The position numbers were made by a program, and so were the translations under genes. A stretch of DNA of 64,000 nucleotides from Octopus sinensis (lineage: Eukaryota), in assembly GCF_006345805.1 (NCBI RefSeq), contig NC_043002.1, positions 93,124,001-93,188,000 of the forward strand, read 5' to 3'. Positions 1 to 13,389 of this stretch are shown here, in pieces (positions within the stretch are counted from its first letter, which is position 1; the number at the start of each line of letters is the position of its first letter). Below the pieces are notes generated by a model that searched no databases, had not been told where the DNA came from, and saw nothing but the letters and a program-made list of their open reading frames with translations.

Positions 1-7
1 GGTAAGC
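1..7 (+). other. Possible splice donor of the preceding SMG6 exon (G|GTAAGC)
   Basis: Strong donor consensus at the window edge, followed by relatively CpG-rich DNA. A terminal G would give GAA with the phase-1 exon at 3172. The exon itself is not visible. Confidence 0.45.
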
Positions 8-1339
8 GCTGCATCCCCCCACCACCATATACACATCTTTCTTGGAAGAGGAGGAGGGGATAGCGACCCCTTCTGTTCATCAAATTGAAACTTTTTTTTC
101 ATTTAAACAAAGTAAAACGTAATCTTTTAAAAATTTCGCTCGTCATCACAGCATTTCGTCTTTTTAACCGTTCTCTTTCAATATCCCCTTCTTCAAGGAT
201 AATAACTACTCAAGTATGTTTGTTACAGTTATAGCTGCCCTTTTTCTGCAATGAGATATTGTAAGAAATTTGAGTTGCTTAGAAAGTAACCCAATTTATC
301 TCTGTATTAAAACCCCTAACTGCATCAAGATTACTGCTAAGGCACTCAACATACATTGAATAGTCATGGCTACAGATGCTGATCTCTAAGTTTCACAACT
401 ACCAACATAGGATGCAGTGTAAAGTGCTCTAGATTATATAACTGATGAGATGAGATGCTCGATAGTGTACGGGCGTGAATTAAGGTTATGGTGACTTAGC
501 TTTTCATACTGCCTCGAGTCAATAGACTATATTGAGAAAGGTACCTTATTTTAACTAGTTATACGAGAGGATCAATGTAAGTACCTAAAAAAAGAAGAAA
601 GTGTAGCTTATGTACTCAAGAGAGATTACTACTGTGAGCATTATAACGTGAATAGATGGTACATTTTTTGTAGATAAGTGTATAAATATACTAAGTGATG
701 TATAAGTTAGAAGTAGAATGACAAAATATGAATTAGATTTCATACTGGAATATATTATTTCATCTGTGACAAAGAATCAAGAGATACAAAGTTTCTATTC
801 TTTTATTAGCTTTATTCATTGGACTGCAGCCATGCTGGGACATCACCTCTAAGTATTTTAGCTAACCATATCAACCCCAGTACTTATTTCTTGATCTGTT
901 TATTGAATGGTTATCTTTTGATAAAGAGATGCAACTTGGCACATGACTCAGTTTCTACAAAGCAATTATAAATGGATCTGTCATCAATTTCAACAATGAG
1001 TTTTACAGTTGTTCAATCAACTGATCTGCTTACTCATTGAATTACAATGCAAGTGGCTGAATATTCCACTGACTTGTGCATTTATGTAATATCACAGTAT
1101 GTCTGGACCATCCAACAAGCTTTGATATAGATTCCATCTACTCAATTTCACTTGCAAGACTTCAGTTGACTTAAAACTATAGTAATAGACGCATACCCAA
1201 GGTACTAAGACAAGATCAAACCCAAGGCCCCATGATTGCAAACCAAACTCTTAACCACTGGACCCTCCCTGCTTCCAAGTTATATAAATATACATCTTCT
1301 TCAATCCCTAGCTGGCTACCAGATGGGGTGGCTGTCCGC

Positions 1340-1770
1340 TCAACCAATGCATTGCTATGGGTGTCATTCCACACTTGGATGGTGTTATTCCAATCCATGG
1401 CACTGACCTTGGTGTGCTTGAGGTCAAGGCACTGTGACTTCAGGTCTTCCTGAATTTGTTTTGCCCATGTCTTCTTTGGTGCTCTGCGCTGGACTCTCCA
1501 GTGGGTGAGTTACTTCTGCCACAAAAGTTGATGTGGTAGTCTTCCAGTGCTCATCTTGCAGAAATGGCCAAACCACTGTAGCCTGTGCTGCCAGACTTGG
1601 TCTTCAATGGTCAACTGTTGCTGCCATTGTTCTCAGATGTTGTTTGAGATTCAGTTGTGTAGAAGATCTGAGGAAGACACTACATTTGGAACACCTTGAG
1701 CTTGTTCAGGTCTTGTTTGAGCATGATTCAGTTCTCTGCACTGTAGAGGACATCAGACCCAGCGTGCACA
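1340..1770 (-). mobile_element. Degenerate RTE-clade LINE ORF C-terminal fragment
   Basis: Minus-strand translation QWFGHFCKMSTGRLPHQLL...RRAPKKTWAKQIQEDLK. Confidence 0.6.
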
Positions 1771-3171
1771 AAACATGCACACACACACATATTGTTGGGC
1801 TTCCACTAAGTTCCCATCTACTAAATTCCACTCACAAGGCATTGGTCAACTCAAAGATATAAAGATGCATTGGTTTTGAACCAGGAACCACAGTTGCAAA
1901 GTGAACATCTTAACTACATTGATATATCTACACGAATGATTGTTTTGTTTTTGAATTGAATTTATAAAGTTTCATCATAGAATTGTATGACAGACATGAT
2001 TTTTGAAAGAACATAACCAGCAAGAGGAAATGGTTGAAACTGAAGCAGCAACCTGTTTGCTAATTCTAGAATATATTTACTAATATCAACATTATTAACC
2101 GTTCTTCTCAAATGAAGAAGTTGGCAAATCCTTAAATTTTTTACTTATACATGGATGAAGTAGCTAAATTAGTCAACAACAATCAATTTCTCACAACTGA
2201 GCCAAATTTTTGATGCTTTGAGTAGAAACATTTTATATTCAAAGCTAGTTCACAGCATTCAAACTTTAATGTAACTTATCAAACACGTTTGTAAATTAAA
2301 ATGAGAGCAATATTTTGATATGCAGCACCAATACTGCAACTCTGCAGCCATGCATCCCATATTATTACAAAAATGTTTGCCGTTTAAATAAAAATTAGTG
2401 TTGTGTCAATGCTACATGGCTAATGTAAACCAGAAGACAATGAACTTGTTATAATTTATCTCTTTCTAGATATCAACTCCCCTAAAGTGCATAATAGGCT
2501 GATAGTGTAACATGGAATGATTGAAAAAAGGGGTTAGTATTATGCAATGGGAGGTATGACATATGGGTAGATAGTCCATATGAGCAGAAGTTTTGTAGTA
2601 GCAATAGAATAGGTACAGAGAGGAGACTTATCAATGAATCAGAGTTTATAGAGTATTGGTGAGTGAGTCTTTTCTGATCAGTTTGTCAAATGGCCTTCTT
2701 TTGAATGCAGCATAGTATATTAGTGTGCATAGCAACAGTAATCCACTTGGTGATTTAACCGAGCTTTACAAAGGATGAACAACTTCTCAAACCTGAAGAA
2801 TGTCCTGGTTCTGAAGAAGGTTCTCTTGATTTGATATCATTTGTTGGCTATTTTCTATAGCAGTTGTTCTTGATCTTTTTGACTTTGCAACAAACTGGAG
2901 GTCAAATAGACAATTATTTTGCATGGAAATTTTAAGAAAACGATTTCAAAATAAAAAAATTTAGAAAACAGAATACAGAAAGCTGTTTTCAAGATGTTCA
3001 AATTTTAGTGTAGATTTTTTTAAAACCCATAAGTTATATTTTTTAAATCTACAGTATACCTGTATACTTCTTGTAGTGCACTTTAGTGCATTTTTAAAAA
3101 ACTTCTGATCATTATTCTTTAACTCCTCTTGCTGAATTTCATACTTATATATATTTTTGTTTATTTTTCAG

Positions 3172-5041
3172 AAAATAAAGGAAAATTAAAAGAATACTTT
3201 GGTAAACCAAGAACAAAGCGACCTACAAGAGAAGTATATCAGCCAGGAATAACTCGTCTGAGTCGTCGTACAGAATATAAAGGAGAAGAAAGGTTCAAGA
3301 AGTCTACATCTGGAACTGATGGTTTCACATCTGATGATGAGAGTTATCGAGACAGTAAAGATAGCAGCATGGAGAAGGAGATTGACAGCATTGCTGGTAC
3401 TTTAAACACGTTTTATGTACATGGCTCAAACTCCTTACCCAGAAAACCTAGTCAACTTGCCTCTCAAGATCCAAGGAAAACATCAACATTAACCTATAAA
3501 AAACCTGAGATTCCTAGGTATATTCCCCGTGCAAAGTTGATTGAGCAAAGCAGTAAGAGTGACACTAAAGCTGATGTTGAACAGAAAGAAATACTCTCTA
3601 GTTCTGGCTCTAATCGAAAAGTAGATATTAAACATGATTTAAACAAAATGGTTGTAACTGTTTTAAATGATCAATTAGAGGTTGGAGGTGGCGGTGGCAG
3701 TGGTGGTCAGTCACGTAGAAATAACAGCCAGTTATTAAACTTACAGTTTCACGATAAGGCAGATGGCCATTACAGAGAAGAAGAGTTTTATCGATCACCA
3801 AAACATCGAGGGTCCCTTGATTATTCGAGAGAAAGTGAAGCTGAAGCTCCAATCAGTCCTGGTGGCAGAATGTGTCGCTATAAATTTGAAGGAATGCGGA
3901 AGAGTATTGATTATTCAAGAGACGATGACTGTGATTCTGTAAGTAGCCAGAGCCAACGACAATCAAAACGGCGCTCTTATACGAAAACGAAATGTTATAC
4001 TTCTCAATATCGACGGCAACGTACTGGCAGTATCAGCAGTGAATTTAGTGCTGCTAGTGATGCTAGCATGGAAGATGTCAATGGAGGTCAGACTTTTGAC
4101 TGGGATGAGGATGTTGAGCATCAAATGTCCAAGTCAGTGCATGAAGAACTACGAGAAGGAACTCAGAAAATTCAGCAAATGACTGAAGATATGCAGAACA
4201 TGGATTACTTAGGGAAGCAGCCCAGATGTGGTATAGTGGAAAATCGTCGTGTACGAACTGAGAGTTCAGGTAGTAATTACAGTGATCAGCTTTCACATGT
4301 GCGTAGCCGTAAACGAGATCGGCGTAGAAGCTCCAGGCACTCGAAAACTGAAAGTAGAGACTCTAGTATTCAAAGTAACCCATCCAAAGAATATGATCCC
4401 GAACGTTCTGGAGAAGGTTCTCGAAAGGGCAAAGGTCGTGGTAGAAGGAAGAAGACCACATATGAGTCTAGTAAAAACAATGAACAAGAGAATGACTTAA
4501 GAAAACTGGGTATCAAGGTAACATTTGGTAAAAGTGACCGTCAAGTTGAAGTCAACCAAGCTGCTAACGGTAAGTCAGGAGAGAACAAGAACTCTGAGAA
4601 AAGTTCTGCTCCTCGAGGTGGTGGTATAATACACTTACCACATAATGTATCAACTGTGCCAGATCATCAGAGCCACTTTGGTCCTCAATCTGACACATTG
4701 CAGCCTTCCTTGCCGCCAAGGAACATGCAGTCTCGGCCGAGGGAACAAGGTGGCGAGGCAAAAAAGAAACTCTTTGACCCCAAAAATCCTAAAAAGCCCA
4801 TTATTATTAAGAATTCTATATTAAAATTTTACGATACCTATGAGCATTCTGACTCTATAGATGCTTATCCTCGAAACTTACCTGTCTTCTATTCAGATTC
4901 TAATAATCCTGATGGTACCACTTACCGTGGTAGTCCATCAAGTCCCCATTCAGACCCCTATCTTTCACGTTTCCACACACTACCTAAGGAAATTGGACTT
5001 TCTTCAGATGATATATTTAACCAGGATTCCTGCTACCAAAA
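3172..5041 (+). CDS. SMG6: SMG6/EST1A large N-terminal coding exon (disordered region with EJC-binding-like motifs)
   Basis: Long open frame (ORF 3129-5045). Acceptor ttatttttcag at 3161-3171 and donor gtaagt at 5042. Motifs KRPTREVYQPGITRL, KKPEIPRYIP, GGGIIHLP and LFDPKNP resemble vertebrate SMG6 N-terminal motifs. Ends in phase 2, matching the downstream exons. Confidence 0.9.
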
Positions 5042-8000
5042 GTAAGTATAAGTTACTTCAATTATATTGTTATGCCTATTTTTCTCTATCATCTATCTAT
5101 ATCTATCTGTTTATATATATATATATATACACATACATACACGCACACACACAGATAATTGTTTATTGTTTTTTTTTACGTAACATACTTTGTATTTCAT
5201 TTTCGCTATAATATCCAATTTTTTCCTATGATGGTATAAGTTGAACAGATCTGCTTTACAGCACATCACTACTCTTCTTACTTCTTTGTTATTTTGTCTG
5301 CAAGACCAAACATCCTTAGACCTGACTTCCCTCCTTGTGTCTTTCTCTTCCATTTAGACTTCTCACTGTTAGTACTTGTCCCTTTTTCACTCAGCACTCT
5401 TCATTAGATTCATTATCTTCGTCATTTAATATCTGTATTCCATGCTGGAATGAGTCGGAAGCCTGAAAGCTGTGTTGGCTTCCAATGTCTACTTTGGCTT
5501 GGTTTCTTCACCCTTCCTAATACCAACTACTTTACAGTGTACTGGGTGCTTTTATTTCATGGCACCAGTACTAGTGAGGTCACTAAGTAACTCACAAAAC
5601 AAGACCCTTTGGCAGTAGGAATGCAGTATTGAATTGGCTTTGTGCTGGATATTGAGAGGCTAAAGTATGAAAGACGGACAGGAGCTAGTGTCTTGCTTCA
5701 GAGGAGGTACATGGAAAGAGAAGAAGAATGGTGAAGAGAAGGTACCAGGGCATACCCTTGAGGAACAAGAAGGTAGATGATCAAGGATGACTGGGTGTGG
5801 ATGTAGGTTTGTGAGAGTGTGAAAGAAGACTGACAGATGGTAGAGATTGAGATAGAAGGGAAAGCAGCGAATGGTGAACATTGATAGTGGATAGGGCAAT
5901 GGTAAGTCTCAGTTTGGGGGAATATAAGGAAAATAGGAGTGGGTCATGGAGGAGGAGGTGATAGGTGGTAATACATAAAAAAGTAGAGAGCAATTAAGAT
6001 AGTTACCACCACCTGCTTCAGTATTTCTGATGATATTTTATTGACCCTGAGAGGATGAAAGACAAAAATCGACCTTGGCAAGATTCAGACTCAAGATGTA
6101 ATTAAATATTACAAAGTCCAACATACCAGTGATACTTAAAAAACCCCCCCGAAAAACAATAGTATTGAAAACAAAGCCTGTTTTCAAGTTCTCTATGAGC
6201 TAAAAGCAGTATTTAGTACTAATTAGATATTAATAAAATTTTAGCAATAACTGTGGCAGAGCCATTATAGTAATTTGAAAATTTTTTCAAAAGTGTAAAA
6301 TTCAATTTCCATTTATTTTTTGAAATTTCTGTAAACAGGTAGCAATTGTGTGATGAAAAATTTGACATCTCGTAAATTAAAGTGAATTTTACAGTGTATG
6401 GGTTTTTTGATGGTTAAAATGGCTCTTCTGCAATGGAATTACTTCAGTCACATGCTAGACAAATACAACTCCAAAATATAGTGAGAATGTTGTTAATCTT
6501 GATATCCAGCAATTCTGCATTATTTTTCACTAAGACTAGTTTAAAGACACAACACATTTTTGTCAACTTTACACAAATTATTGTTCTAAATAGGATTTTT
6601 ATATATTTAGTCAATGTCAAGACAAGAGGTCATGGAACCAGTTATGCCACAGCTGAGCAAGATCACATTAACTGCCAAACTAGTGATATTGGGGCTGCTG
6701 GACTTGGGTCCCTCTCATATTCACCTTGTACCATGAGGGGAGGCCCTACTGTCTGTCTCTCTCTCTCTGTAACTAAGGAAGCCATGTACTCACTTCTTCA
6801 GTAAGACATCTGTCCCAGTCCTTCTTTCATACTTTTACTTCCTTCACTACTATACCCCACTGAGTTGAAGGAGCTTGCCTCATGAGTACTTGGTGACGCC
6901 ACTAATGCTGGTGCTACAATTGTGTCAGGAAGGGTATCCAGCTGTAGAAATTATGCCAAAACAGATATTAGACTCGGTGCAGTCCTCTGGCTTATCTGTT
7001 CCAGTCGAACCATCTAACCCATTCCATCCAGTATAGAAAAAGGGACATTAAATGATTATGATGAACATAGCACACAGATAATTAAATCAGCTTAATTGTC
7101 ATACAGTATGTGAACTCAAAGTTATGATGAGACAGACAGACAACATAATCTTACTAGCATCATTGGTTTCATGGCATTGACCAAATATATAAAAATTCTA
7201 TTTAGAACAACTGTTGGTGTAAAGTTGTCAAAAAAGAGTGATTAAATTCTAAAAAAATATAAGGAGGGTATTTCAAAGACATTTTGTCAGATTGGTTCTA
7301 AAATCCATGTGATTTTTTTTTTTATTGTTGTTGTTATGTATAGTTTTAAAAATTTCCTATCTCTGAAGATTAACATGATCCAGTTTGGAAATATAAATAT
7401 TGATATGTATGAATGGAGATTAGTGTTATAATTGCAGAGATGAAACAGTTAAATATATTGCATTACCTACTATAATCATGTTTCCAAAGCTAGTCATTAG
7501 CCTTGTAGTATTTAACTCAATTCACTGAACTTAATGGAAATATAAGCTATCATAATAACATAAGATACATGTGAAGTACTAGACAATTGACTGTCTTGCT
7601 AGTTACAGTTACTCTTCATTGGATCACATTTACATACAATTGTCTACTATATAAAAAAAAATTCATTTTTGTCTAAGTTTTTGATCATACATTCCACCCA
7701 TGCTAAGAAAATGAGTGCAGAATATTATAGTATTGTGTGATTAAGAAGTTCACTTTTTAAACCACATGATTTTCAGTTCAGTCCTACAATGCAGCACTTT
7801 GAGTAGGTGTCTTCTGCTATAGTTCTGGATCAACCCATTCCATTTGAGTGGATTTGATTGTTGGAGACTGTACTAAGCCTGTTGTGTGTGTGTGTGCGTC
7901 TGTGTGAAGAATAGGTGAGAGCTAGATATGTTCAATATAGAAAATACATGATTGTGCTCAAATGATTTTGTACTTAAACTCCAAATACCTCATTCAGAGC

Positions 8001-8290
8001 AGGGTCCATAGCATCAAGAATGAACATAAGGGAAATCCAAATCAAGCTCATATGGAGGAAGTAATACAGATGAACATAGGCTTGATATATGTATTTTTTG
8101 TGCTCCATGTAAATATATATATATATGTATTTTCATCATCATTTACGTCTACTTCCCATGCTGGCATAGCTTAGACAGTTTGACTGGAACCAGTGACCTG
8201 GAGAACTGCACCAGGTTCCAGTCTGATTTGGCATGGTTTCTACTGCCGGATGCCCTTCCTAATGCCAATACACACACACACACACACATT

Positions 8291-8537
8291 TGAAGGTGCA
8301 TGGTTTAGTGGTTAGGCTGTTGCACTCATGATGCCTGGGTCATGGGTTCAGATCCCTGATTGAGCAACATCTTCATTTCACATTGCTCCAGTCCCCCTTT
8401 CGATCGGGGGGAATGTTGGCCTGCTCACCAAGCCAACAGAGTAGCATTATTTGAAGGCTAAAACAATGCAAAATGCATTGTGATCAGCGATATATGACAA
8501 CACCAGATAGCCTGGTCGGTCACATGATCACATGATT
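8291..8537 (+). mobile_element. tRNA-derived SINE, degenerate
   Basis: A/B-box-like head. Tail shared with the element at 9868-10160. Confidence 0.6.
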
Positions 8538-8566
8538 ATATGCATAATATATATATAATATATACG

Positions 8567-8872
8567 TGGGGGCGCAATGGCCCAGTGGTTAGGTCAGTGG
8601 ACTTGTTGTTGGAGGATCACGGTTTTGATTCCCAGACCGAGCGTTGTGTGTATTTATTGAGCGAAAACATCTAAAAGCACCATGAACCTCCGGCAGGGGG
8701 TGGTGGTGACCCCTGTTGTACTCTTTCACCCCAACTTTCTCTCACTCTCTCTTTCTGTTTCTTGAGTAACGCTGCGATGGACTGGCGTCCTGTCCAGCTG
8801 GGGGGAACACATACGCCACAGAAACTGGGCCCATGAGCCTGGCTAGGCTTGAAAAGGGCGCATAAAAAAAAA
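8567..8872 (+). mobile_element. tRNA-derived SINE with a Meta/V-domain-like core
   Basis: Head ggcgcaatggcccagtggttagg...ggttttgattccc, core ctgcgatggactggcgtcctgtccag, A-rich tail. Confidence 0.7.
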
Positions 8873-9356
8873 ATATATATATATGTGTGTGTGTGTATAA
8901 ATAAATAAAGCCTAACTATGTTTATCTGCATTACTACTGCCATATCAGCTTAATTTGGATTTCTCTTATGGCCACTCTTGGTACTGTGGGCTTTGCCCTG
9001 GATGAAGAATTTGGAGTTTAAGTTTGAATACATTTCAGCATTACTGTATATATGTGTGTGTGTGTGTGTCTGTATGAATTCTTACATTCTGCTATTGAAA
9101 TTGCAAGAAAAGTCGCTGAGCTGTGAATAATGTTGACGTAATTTTTATCAATGAATTGGCTAGTAGCTCTGCACTTCTGAAGTTGAGTGGAACGAGAACT
9201 CCCTTGCTTGAAAGTTAGGTAAGGGTTAGTAGTAAGAATGGTATCTGACTGTAAAACAGTGGCCCTGTTGTATGTATTTGTCTAATGCATACTAGCATAG
9301 AAAAAGGTAATACAGAACACACACACACACACACATATATACACATACACACATAC

Positions 9357-9760
9357 AAATAAAAGTATAGATAAGCCAATTAGACAGATCAATATATAAA
9401 GTATATTAAATACACGAAATACAAAAAATGTGTATATGTATACATGCAAAAAGCTCTGACTTACACAATATAAATGATATAGAGAATGTAAGATCTCTTC
9501 CCTGAAGGTGGAGGCTCGTTTCATCCTACGCTGGAATCAACCTACAAACACTATTTTGGACTACTAAGCCCCCATAAACAGCTGTTGGATTTGTAATACT
9601 TTTCTTCAACCCCTTTAATTCTCTGTATTGTTTGTATTCTGTGTAAGTCAGACCTTTTTGTGTGTATACATAGTATACATATATACATTTTTTTGTATTT
9701 CATATAGTTAATGTACTTTATACATTGATCTGTCTAACTGGTTTATCCATACATTTACTT
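9357..9760. mobile_element. Foldback/MITE-like element with imperfect inverted arms of about 130 bp
   Basis: 9357-9490 is the reverse complement of about 9617-9760. Confidence 0.6.
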
Positions 9761-9867
9761 CTCTACCCACTCAAGTTTAAATCTCAAGCACTACTAAGTG
9801 TATTCTATACAGAGAATATCTGATTTTCATCTATGAACTTTAAATGGTATATATATATATATATATA

Positions 9868-10160
9868 TCACATGACCGACCAGGCTATCAGATGTTGCTA
9901 CACATCACTGGTCACAATGGGCTTTGCATTGTTTTAGCCTTCAAATGATGCCACCCCGCTGGCTAAGCGAGCAGGCCAACAGAAGAAAGAGTGAGAGAAA
10001 GTTGTGGCGAAAGAGTACAGCAGGGATCGCCACTGCCAGAGCCTTGTGGAGCTTAGGTGTTTTCGTTCAATAAACACTCACAACGCCTAGTCTGGGAATC
10101 GAAACCACGATCCTACAACCGCGAGTCCACTACCCTAACTACTGGGCCATTGCGCCTCCA
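9868..10160 (-). mobile_element. tRNA-derived SINE
   Basis: Minus-strand head ggaggcgcaatggcccagtagttagg...ggtttcgattccc. Confidence 0.75.
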
Positions 10161-10185
10161 CACACATACACACACACACACACAC

Positions 10186-10223
<38 letters not shown>

Positions 10224-11469
10224 AACCTGTATGACAATTAATGAAAAGAGCAAAAGGCAAACTTGGATAAATCCCTATTGTTTTTTGTCAGGAATCATTG
10301 CAATTCTAGCACTGGAAAGTGTTAGGGTAAGAAACAAAGCAAGATCAAATCTTATGGTTGAGAACACATGGGGTGGGAATATAAGGCTGGTGGGAAATCC
10401 TGGACAAACAATTTTATCTTGTTTTAGTCATTGGTCTCCACTCATGCTGGGGCACTGCTTTGAATGGATTTTAGCCAAACAAATTTACTCCAGTACTTCT
10501 TTAAAGTCTGGTGCTTAGTCCATTAGTCACTTTTGCTGAAGCGCTAAGTTATGGGGGCATTAACAAACCACTATCAGTTGTCAAGTAGAAGAGGAACTGA
10601 TATAAACGCAAAGACACACAAGATGGGTTTCTTTCTACAAAATCCACCCACAAGGCTTTGGTTAGTCTGAAGCTGTAGTGAAAGCCATTTTGCCAAGGTG
10701 TTACAGACCTTGTGGTTGGGAAGCAAACCTCTTGCAACAGAGCCTTGCCTGAGCCTACAAAGTATTAAAGAGAAAGGTGTCATTTGACTTGAGATAGAAA
10801 CAAACGGTTGCATAGAAGGAAATTAAAAGAAAAATTTTTTTTGGACTAAATGCAATCTAATGCAGAGAGAAATATCAAACATATGTGGTTAGTGTGAAGA
10901 TTACAAGAAGAAAAAAGGTGATAGACAGGAGTTGTGGAACCAGCAGGAACAGGTTACTTGAAAGGGAGTAGGAGAGAGTGATAGAGAGGGCAAAGTAGTA
11001 CGAGTCACACTGAGAGAATAAATCCACTACAATGAAAATTATGACTTTGTACACTATCTCTGGGCCAACCAAAGCCTTGTGAGTGCGTCTGGTAGATGGA
11101 AACTAAAAGAAGCCCATTGTGTGTATGTGTATGTTTACTTGTCTTGACATTGTGTGATAGTTGTAAAATGATTGTCACTGTCATACAAACAGTGTCATTC
11201 ATTTCCAATATTCCTTGATGTCTGGCCATTGATAAATATTTACCTTGCTTGGAAACGAGTGAGTGTTGGTGACAGGAAGAGCATCTGGCCACAGAAAATT
11301 TGCCGCAGTAAACTGTCTAACCCATACAAGCATGGAAAAATGAACGTTAAAATGATGAAGAGAACAAAAGATAGACTAAAGTTTTGGGGATTCTTTAGTC
11401 TTGATGCAGTCAACTTAGTCACTCTAGTACTGGGAGCATATAATATATACTCAGTCTGTGTTGTGACGT

Positions 11470-11872
11470 AGGCACAGGAGTGGCTGTGTGGTAAGTAGCT
11501 TGCTTACCAACCACATGGTTCCGGGTTCAGTCCCACTGCGTGGCACCTTAGGCAAGTGTCTTCTACTATAGCCTCGGGCCGACCAAAGCCTTGTGAGTGG
11601 ATTTGGTAGACGGAAACTGAAAGAAGCCCATCGTATATATATATATACATATATTTATGTGTGTTTGTGTGTCTGTGTTTGTCCCCTCAACATCGCTTGA
11701 CAACCGATGCTGGTGTGTTTACGTCCCCGTAACTTAGCGGTTTGGCAAAAGAGACCGATAGAATAAGTACTAGGCTTACAAAGAATAAGTCCTGGGGTCG
11801 ACTTGCTTGACTAAAAGCGGTGCTCCAGCATGGCCGCAGTCAAATGACTGAAACAAGTATAAGAGTAAGAGA
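11470..11872 (+). mobile_element. tRNA-derived SINE family A (about 400 bp, internal TA/TG microsatellite); representative young copy
   Basis: Head gtggctgtgtggtaag...gggttcagtccc, tail gactgaaacaagtaaaagag. Other copies at about 10425-10750(-), 15116-15510(+), 19610-20002(-), 22283-22620(+), 23815-24170(+), 31560-31953(-), 37548-37930(+), 39935-40300(+) and 52250-52640(-). Confidence 0.85.
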
Positions 11873-12894
11873 GTTATTGAGAGAAAAGGCATCCAATCTT
11901 TACTTGCTTCCATGTAAGCTACTATTTCTCTTGGTCTTTCAAACATTGGGCAAGTTATCAAAACAAACGTAAATATGCTGCCTATATAGTAACATTGTTT
12001 ATGCAACATGCAAACAATGCCAAGCCAATGGGAAGGCACAAAACAGGTTCTCTGCAGTTTCTATCTGTTAGTTCCACTCACAAGGCACTAGTCAGCCCAC
12101 CAAGGCTGTAGCAGAAGACAACCTGCCCAGAGTTCCACTGAAGGGGAATGATCATGAAACCATGTAGTTGTGAAGTAGACTTAATCACAGTCCATGTCTG
12201 TATTAATATACACACACACACACACCAAACAGTGCAAACAAAGATAATAAAAAGCAGTACTCAGTACATATGTAAATGTGTGTGCATGTGTGTATGTACA
12301 CACACACACACATTCATTACATTTTCGTCTGTAAAGTACAATCATCAGGACTAGCTCCAGCCCAAAAGTACATAAGTCTGTTGATATAGGATACTTTCTT
12401 AATGCTAGGCATTTATTTCATGAGTTCATTTACAGTGAAATGAAATATTATATACTTAAAATATCTCAGATAACTTCTTGCTAGAAAACTCAGCAGGTTC
12501 ACACTATGAGCACCATCTTTTGTGTTCCTGTGTTTTCAATGGATTCAATATTTCTGGGCTTTTTTTTTTTTTTATTGTCTTTAGTTGTTCTAATCCTACA
12601 CCTCCTGCCCCAACACACATGAATGGGTAGTAGAAATGTTGGATCCAGGGAATCAAATGACATTCACAATAAGCTCCCCATTCACAATCAGCTATCAGTT
12701 TATGTAGTAACCAATTACTATGTAGTATAGTATTGCGCGTCTGTGCAACAGAAACCCATGATGCATCCGGTGATCTGAGGAATTAGCTTTCTTTATTTGC
12801 ATCAGTTTGTGTCTATATAATTGTATAATGCTGAGCTAACCATGTTGTAAACATGTACATATAATTTTATATACCGTAATTAAAAATACTATAT

Positions 12895-13197
12895 GATAAA
12901 CAGCACAGCTCCCATGACTTCAGGAAACATTTTTTCACGCTGAGAGTTGCTGAAGCGTGGAACAAACTGCCGGCATCAGTTGTTAGTTGTCGGAGCACTG
13001 CATCCTTCAAAACTTCCATGCTTTCTGAGATTCGCCAACACTACACCTGATTTTCTCCCCTCCATGCACGCACAGGCATGTGTCTGACTCGTGCATTGTT
13101 CGCTTTCCAGACATTTTTACATTACTGCATGTACTTTATATGCACTTTCTGACAAGTTGTGGTGCACCTGAGCACTGTATACAATAATTTCATTATA
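12895..13197 (+). mobile_element. CR1-clade LINE 3' end
   Basis: Translation HDFRKHFFTLRVAEAWNKLPASVVSCRSTASFKTSM, then a 3' UTR. Second copy at 38550-38915(-). Confidence 0.8.
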
Positions 13198-13389
13198 CAT
13201 TATATATATAAATCTTACTAAATAGCTGTAATCATATGGCAAAAGTTAAGTCTGTATTCACCTCTCACATCTCCTCACTTTATGCTGTATCTCTGTATTG
13301 ATCAGATTGTTAGATGTTATACACCACAGTTCACAATGTGCTTCTAGTTGTTTCTTGACTGTGCCATTCTTTTCCATCTTGGCTTAAAT

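Noticed and set aside
3129-3171. ORF-track N-terminus MLNFILIYIFVYFS, which looks like a signal peptide
   Set aside because: It is the translated pyrimidine tract of the intron; the exon starts at 3172.
5042-5045. Stop codon at the end of the 638-aa ORF as a true gene end or truncated isoform
   Set aside because: The TAA is part of the GTAAGT donor, downstream exons continue in phase, and there is no evidence of intronic polyadenylation.
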